Source: the human T2T-CHM13v2.0 reference genome, Homo sapiens
NCBI RefSeq assembly: GCF_009914755.1
Contig: NC_060926.1
Reading direction: 5' to 3' (one strand)
DNA: 64,000 nt
Part shown: positions 48,222 through 64,000 of the stretch, piece by piece
Numbering within the stretch: the first letter of the stretch is position 1
How the letters are laid out: every line of letters begins with the position of its first letter
The notes under the pieces: model-generated
The model's database searches: none
Told to the model about the DNA's origin: nothing
What the model saw: the letters and a program-made list of their open reading frames with translations, nothing else
Made by a program: the position numbers and the translations under genes

Positions 48222-48719
48222 CTCTACCTGGACATTTTATTTGCTGTAATGTTCTTACGAGTTGCAAGCCTGGTCCACTTTTTACTTCACAACTAATGTG
48301 GAAGAGAACACATCTGATTCCAAGGAGAGGAGACTCATCTCTTGTCCTCAATAACAAATGAGGAATCTGAAGAGCTTGTTTTAAACAATTTTGGTGGTCT
48401 TACAACCCACTGGCATAGAATCTCGAGTGTACTTCTTTCTATTCACCATGCCACCTACTTCTACTGCAGACATGAAATTAATCAAGATCACGTAGAAATC
48501 CATTGGCTTGGGAGGACAGAACAATCTTATTCATAGAAACATGATGTTACTTTATTAGTAAACAAATTCAGTATAAATATGCATCTGTGACTTTTAGTGT
48601 GGTGTGACCTATCAATTTCCACTGAATTTCAAGCCTTTCTATTCCTGAATTGTTTGAGGTTTTATTAGTAAATGTTTCCCATTTCTCTTCACTAAATAGG
48701 ACTAAAAGTTCTAGGTCTT

Positions 48720-50790
<2,071 letters not shown>

Positions 50791-51415
50791 TAAAGTCACA
50801 GCTTTCACCAAATACTAGACCAGACAGCTGTCACGAGGACCAACTTCTATATTTGGAAGGCTATTTCCCTCCACTCACACATACTCAGCCTCATTACCAC
50901 CTCATATACCTCCCTGCCTTCTTCCTCCAAACTCTCACCAGTCTCCCAGTGAAGAGGGCCAACAAAAGGGATTATGATGATGATTCGTGCAGACAGACTC
51001 TCTATCTGGCCTTTCTCCTTGGAGGGACTGATTGGGAATTAGTCACACTGCTCTGTGAAATGGGGTTTGAGAGGCATAAAGTTGGGTGTCACTTTATTAG
51101 CTCCCAGTACCAGGGCCTCTAGAATTATCTGAAGATCATTGCCATTAATCTAAGTCAGATGGCATTTGACTATTTCCTGACTTCAGTGGCCACTCACAGC
51201 TTCAGCAGGCAGTAAAGGGCTGTGAAATGTCATTGACAGTAGCTGCAGTGTCACTATGGGCAGTGGCAAATCAAGGCAACACAGCTTAGGAGACTATACA
51301 TGTTATCAATGATTTTTTCACCAGTTCACTTTGAAGTGTGATATCAGAAAAGAACAGTAACGTTTCCCCCAAATAGCCAGTTATCCCAGAATCATTTATT
51401 CAATGATTTGAAAAA

Positions 51416-51803
<388 letters not shown>

Positions 51804-52365
51804 TGAAAGGAAATATTATCTTAAAGCAGAACTGCAAATACTAAAATTGCCAGAATTTTAATGAGGTCTTAGAGGGCTAATAAGCTACCTTTCACTTAAA
51901 ATATCCTGAGCACTGGGTAAGTGTGGAGAAGGTCATCATAAATGAGACTGTTTCCTCTCTTCCAAGTACTCAGAGGGCAGAGAGGAGACCTCCCCAACTC
52001 CTCTCTGGAGCTGACCTGGCTTGGGGAGACCTGAGCTGTAATTTCCTGTTCACCTCCTCATGCTACTACTGCTCCCTCTGGGCCTCTGGTCTTAGCAGGT
52101 TGGATTCACACTTCTTTTGCTTTAGATGTAAACAGAACACTAGGAAAGAAGATTAATTCAAACAGTTTCAAAAGCACTCGATTCAAAACTTCTTCCTATT
52201 TGGATCTGTAAAGTAAGAATTTCTATATCTTTTTGAATAGCTGAAGCACAGGGTCTTCTTCTGTTTTAATGTGAAAATGATTCAGACTTAGTCATTAAAA
52301 CAAAGATGTTATTACCTACCATAAGTCTTATTTGCCTGTCCAGGCATCCATTAAAAGGTTGGAGA

Positions 52366-55365
<3,000 letters not shown>

Positions 55366-55684
55366 TTACAAACTTACCCTTAAGGGTATTGCATTATGTA
55401 TTTTTTGAAGAAAGTCAGATTCTCGAATACTGTCATTTACAATCACACCAAACAGGACAGAAGGCCATTCAAGTACCTGTAGAATTCCTTTTTGGTTGGG
55501 CACAGAGGGGAAGGCTAGGAATGTGTCCCAGCATCTTAGATGATTTGCATGATTTTAAAAAGTGAAATAAGATTCATAAATTTGAGCAAATTTTTAAAGT
55601 GGCAGTAATCCTTACATTTTGATTCAGTTGATTTTCAGATCCCCTTCACATATACGTATTTTACAGTTGCAATTATTTAACATT

Positions 55685-55901
55685 AAATGTTATACAATTG
55701 TATATATTGTCTAACTACATATCATTGTTACAATTTTGTCAAAATGTTATACAATTGTATATATTGTCAAACTATTGTTACAATTTTGTCAAAATGTTAT
55801 ACAATTGTATGTATTGTCTAACTACATATTCTTTGCTACAATTTTGTCAAAATGTATAGGATTGTATATATTGTCTAACTACATATCGTTACAATTTTGT
55901 C
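55685..55901. repeat. AT-rich minisatellite, 4 copies of a 50-58 bp unit
   Basis: Units start at 55685, 55741, 55791 and 55849: AAAATGTTATACAATTGTATATATTGTCTAACTACATATCATTGTTACAATTTTGTC. Confidence 0.93.
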
Positions 55902-55904
55902 CTT

Positions 55905-56768
55905 GTTTGTTGAGGCAGGATCACTCTGTGGCCCAGGCTGGAGTATAGTGGTTTGATCATAGCTCACTGCAGCCTTGAATGCCTGGGCTGGAGTAACCCT
56001 CCCACCTCAGTCTCTGGAGTAGCTGAGACTACAGGCATATGTCACCACGCCTGGCTCATTTTTTATTTTTTATTTTGTAGAAATAGGATTTTGCTATATT
56101 GCTCAGGCTAGTCTTGAACTCCTGCCCACATGCGATCCTCTTGCCTTGTCCTCCCAAAGTGGTGGATTTATAGGTGTGAGCCACTGTGCCTGGCCTCATT
56201 GTTCCAATTTTAATGATGACATAGGACTCTTATCGTGATGTATCATGACAATTAGACTACTCCCCAGATGTTAGATATGTCAGTTGCCCTCTAACAAAAA
56301 GTGCTTTAATAAATAATTTTGTATATATGTCTACTTTAATAGGAGTGGAATTATTTGGTCAAAAGAAATGAATCTCTATGGCTGTTCCCACATATGACCA
56401 TTTTGCTCCTTTTAAAGTATACAAACAATCTTACAATGTTAACAGCAAAGAAGGCATTGTTTAGAAAAATGATATCATTGGGCCAGGTGTGGTGGCTCAC
56501 CCCTGTAATCCCAGTACTTTGGGAGGCTGAGGTGAGAGGATTGCTTGAGCGCAGGAGTTTGAGATGAGCCTGGGCAACATAGTGAGACTCCATCTCCACA
56601 AAAAATTTAAAAATTGGCTTGGCGTGGTGGCATGTGGCTGTAGTCCCAGCTATTCAGGAGTCTGAGGCAGGAAGGTCTCTTGAGCCCAGGAGTTTGAGGT
56701 TACAATGAGCTATGATCATGCCACTGCACTCTAGCCTGGGTTACAGAGTGAGATTCTGTCTCTTATTA

Positions 56769-56800
<32 letters not shown>
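55905..56800. mobile_element. AluJ - (55905-56195) and AluJ + (56480-56800)
   Basis: Diverged Alu consensus. Confidence 0.88.
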
Positions 56801-58249
56801 AAACCCCCGATGTCATTGGGAATTACTTTTAAAAAATAGATTTCCTAGTTTACTTTTCACTACCATTTACAAGAATGCACATTTCTACATTTTAACTTAG
56901 TTTCTTCTTCTGGAAAATGTTTTGTCAATATTTCTGTTGAAGATTGGTATTTTTAAAATATCACAGACTCTTGAAGAAGTGTCATATTTCTATTGTTTTA
57001 TTCTCACTTTATACTGTGTAGAGACATAATTTCTTATTTTTCTTTATGATTTCTATTTAAAAATCAAGTTAACTTTTCTAGTCTATTTTGATTTTTCCGT
57101 AATTTTAGATTTTATAATTTAACTTTCCCACCTTATTTAACCTTAATTTATATATTTATACCTATATCATTTTACAAAGAATTTAAGAAGGTATTTAGCA
57201 TTTTATATAAAATGAAAAAACACACATAATGATGGTCTGAAATATAAGCATATTAAACATAATGCTTGGTTTGAGCTTAGATTTGATGCTGGGCTGTCTG
57301 GTTGCTGGTGCAAAAATTAAAAAAACACAGATTGTCAATTATCAGTGATTTTAATGTTTTTGCAGAACTTTTTTTTTCTACCCAATAAGACAGCACATGA
57401 CTAGATGAACAAGAGAGATGCCTGCCTCTCCCCACCCCTTTCAGTGAGCACTGAAATATCTCAGGTGGATCCAGAATTCAGAAAACAGTCCGAAAAAGGA
57501 GTTAAATCATCTCATCATTAGAAGGGAGAGAAATATTCTCAGTTTCCCAGAAGAAAAAAAAGTTAAAAAGCCTTTCTAGCTCTAATTTGTAACAAAACAA
57601 AACAAAAATAAAAATGAAAACACTCCACATGAAACATTTAGGGCATTTAGCTGTGAGCTGTTTTTACACACAGCTATTTCTTAGAGCAAACTTTCATAAC
57701 CTTTGAAAGCCCAGTGTCAATGTGCAACTCAGTTAAAGTGCTTCTAAACTTGTTTAAGGGTGTTGTTTTTGATGGCTTAACTGGTCTATCAGTAGCATTT
57801 AATATTTCTAGAGGTCTAAAAATACATTTTAAAATTCTGTAGAAATGGATGTTTTCCTCAGAAAAACATAATAGTCACTCAATAAAACCCCCAAAAGGCA
57901 AAAGTCATGTGCTAAATTGAGAATTCAAGACATTCCTTCTAAATATCTTTATTTTTGGTCCTGACTTTTATGGGAAATTTCTGTCAGACTTTCAAGTAAC
58001 AGTTAAGTTCTATGGTATGTAAATTGTTTCAGAGCATAAACTATAAAAAAGTTCCTAATTCACTTCACAAAGCTATTAACCCTAATACCAAAATTTAAGA
58101 CTGCAAAGGCCTTCTAATTGTTCTTTGCTTTTCTGTCTCCACTTCTAATCTAAGCACTGGCACTAGAGTGCTTTTAAGGTGCCTATCTTATCACATTACC
58201 AGAAAGGGGTACTTCTCAACCCCTTGAAAGACTGGCAGGAGAAAATGAC

Positions 58250-62369
<4,120 letters not shown>

Positions 62370-62370
<1 letters not shown>

Positions 62371-64000
62371 AACTTCAATGATTTCCTATAGTCATTAGGA
62401 TAAATCCAGTGGCAAAAAGGTTCTATATCATCCAACCCCTACTTACCTCTCTGGCTTTATCTTATACTGTCTTTGCCTCACTCTATGCCCACCATGTTGG
62501 GCTTCTCATCCATTAGAATACATACGCTGTCTCCAGCTCTTGACTTTTACAACTACTCTTTCCTCAAATGCTCTTTCTTTCCTCAACTCTTATTCATCCT
62601 TCATTTTTTCCTCAAGAAAACCATCCCGCAAATCTTGGACTAGGATAAGACCCTTGGTATATACTCTAACAGCACTACTTTTTTGCTATACTTTTCATAT
62701 TAGCAATTATTTACCTTATCATTGATAATCATGTATAAAGTATGTTTCCACCCTCAAGATCAGAAATTCTATGAAACCCGGGTTATCTATTTTGTTCACC
62801 ACTCTTCCCCCTGAGTCCCTGATATACAGGAAATCCTCAAATATTTGCTGATAAAGCAAGCAAATTTTAAAAATCTAAAAATTCTAAATAAAAGAGCATA
62901 TAGAATTTAGCAATATATTAATAATACATGTTTAAGTAGGGCTTATTGTAAAAAATAAGGTTTAGTATTTGGAAGTGTATTACTTTATGTAATTCATCAA
63001 ATATATCAAATAAGATAAATTATCTCCAACTACTGCTACTAGCTGTAGTTGACTGCTAGCAGCAGTCAACATTATTCTAGAAACATTAGACAATGCAATA
63101 TGACCAGGAAAAAAAAAGACAGTTATATTCAGATTCTGACCATCTATATGAAAAACCCAAGATGATTTGCTGAAAAATTTTAGTAAGCAAGTTCAGTAAG
63201 GTGGTCAGTTACAAAGTATATGAATACATATTATAAAAACAGTGTATCTAAAACAATGCAGTATTGGTGTAACAATAGATAGATCAATGGAATAGATTAG
63301 GGAGTATAGGAGGAGATAAAATTTTTGCAATATAAGAAATTTCTATGAAACTGACCTTTGGAGAAGCATAGATTATTTAAATAATTGTATTAGGACACTG
63401 TGGGCAAATACTTTCCAATATAAAAGTAAGAACTGAAATAATATCTAAATCTGTAATTCATCTAAAATTTAACAAATGAGACCATAAGAGTTCAGATGAA
63501 AATACACAAATGCCACTGTGTATATGTCTATATATAATTAATTAATCTGGGAGTCAAGGAAGACTTTCTAAGCTGGATCTTAACTGCAAAATAATAAAGG
63601 AAAAGGCTAACATGTTTGACTACAAAATTTATATTTTATATTGTAAACAAAATAAAAATTAAAATATTAAATGAACACTCAAGATGTGATAAAAATGACG
63701 ATTTTAAATTTATAAAGATTTTTCAAAAAATCAATAAGATACACTTAAGCAGAAAAATGGGTGAAAACTATGAACATATAATCCATGAAGCAAATACAAA
63801 TAGTAAATGAATATGTCAGGATTTCAAATTAACAGTAAGTAAAAATTGAAGTATTTCAGTCAGATTAAAAATATGTAAACATGACAAACTATACCTAGTG
63901 CAGAGAGAAATGGATACTTAAATACAGATGATAGGCGTGTAAATTGCCTAGCTTTTCTGGAGGTCAGTGAGGCAGTCTTATAAAATGCCTTAACGTGCAC
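62370..64000 (+). mobile_element. L2 fragment (~62370-62860) followed by further old L1M fragments
   Basis: L2 3' ttttgttcacc...ctcaaatatttgctga; L1 gatagatcaatggaataga-type motifs. Confidence 0.55.

Overview
This is primate, almost certainly human, nuclear DNA rather than a prokaryotic or accessory region. It is recognisable as the PPP3R1-CNRIP1 interval (chr2p14 by recall). The first ~1.8 kb is the CpG-island promoter and first exon of PPP3R1 (calcineurin B1, minus strand), whose only coding content is the ATG. About 31 kb of repeat-rich intergenic DNA follows. The two alternative last exons of CNRIP1 (minus strand) come next: the primate-specific CRIP1b exon (33055-32999) and the CRIP1a exon (42597-42433 plus 3' UTR to ~41580). 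The rest is ~21 kb of CNRIP1 intron 2; exons 1-2 were not found and should lie beyond the window. Roughly 45 Alu copies or fragments, several L1s, L2/MIR, MaLR LTRs and DNA transposons (MADE1, MER5, MER44, MER3/33) fill most of the window and explain nearly all ORF-track entries. I see no convincing new multi-gene system. The most notable signals are: an indel-free MT-ND2 NUMT (9304-9570) missed by the standard-code ORF track; a transposon-built architecture around the CRIP1b exon; a candidate upstream PPP3R1 donor beside the NUMT; a palindromic minisatellite that grew from an Alu target-site duplication; a CTCF motif; and small duplications or inverted repeats. Gene, NUMT and repeat-family calls rest on recalled reference sequences, not database searches. 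Repeat boundaries are approximate.
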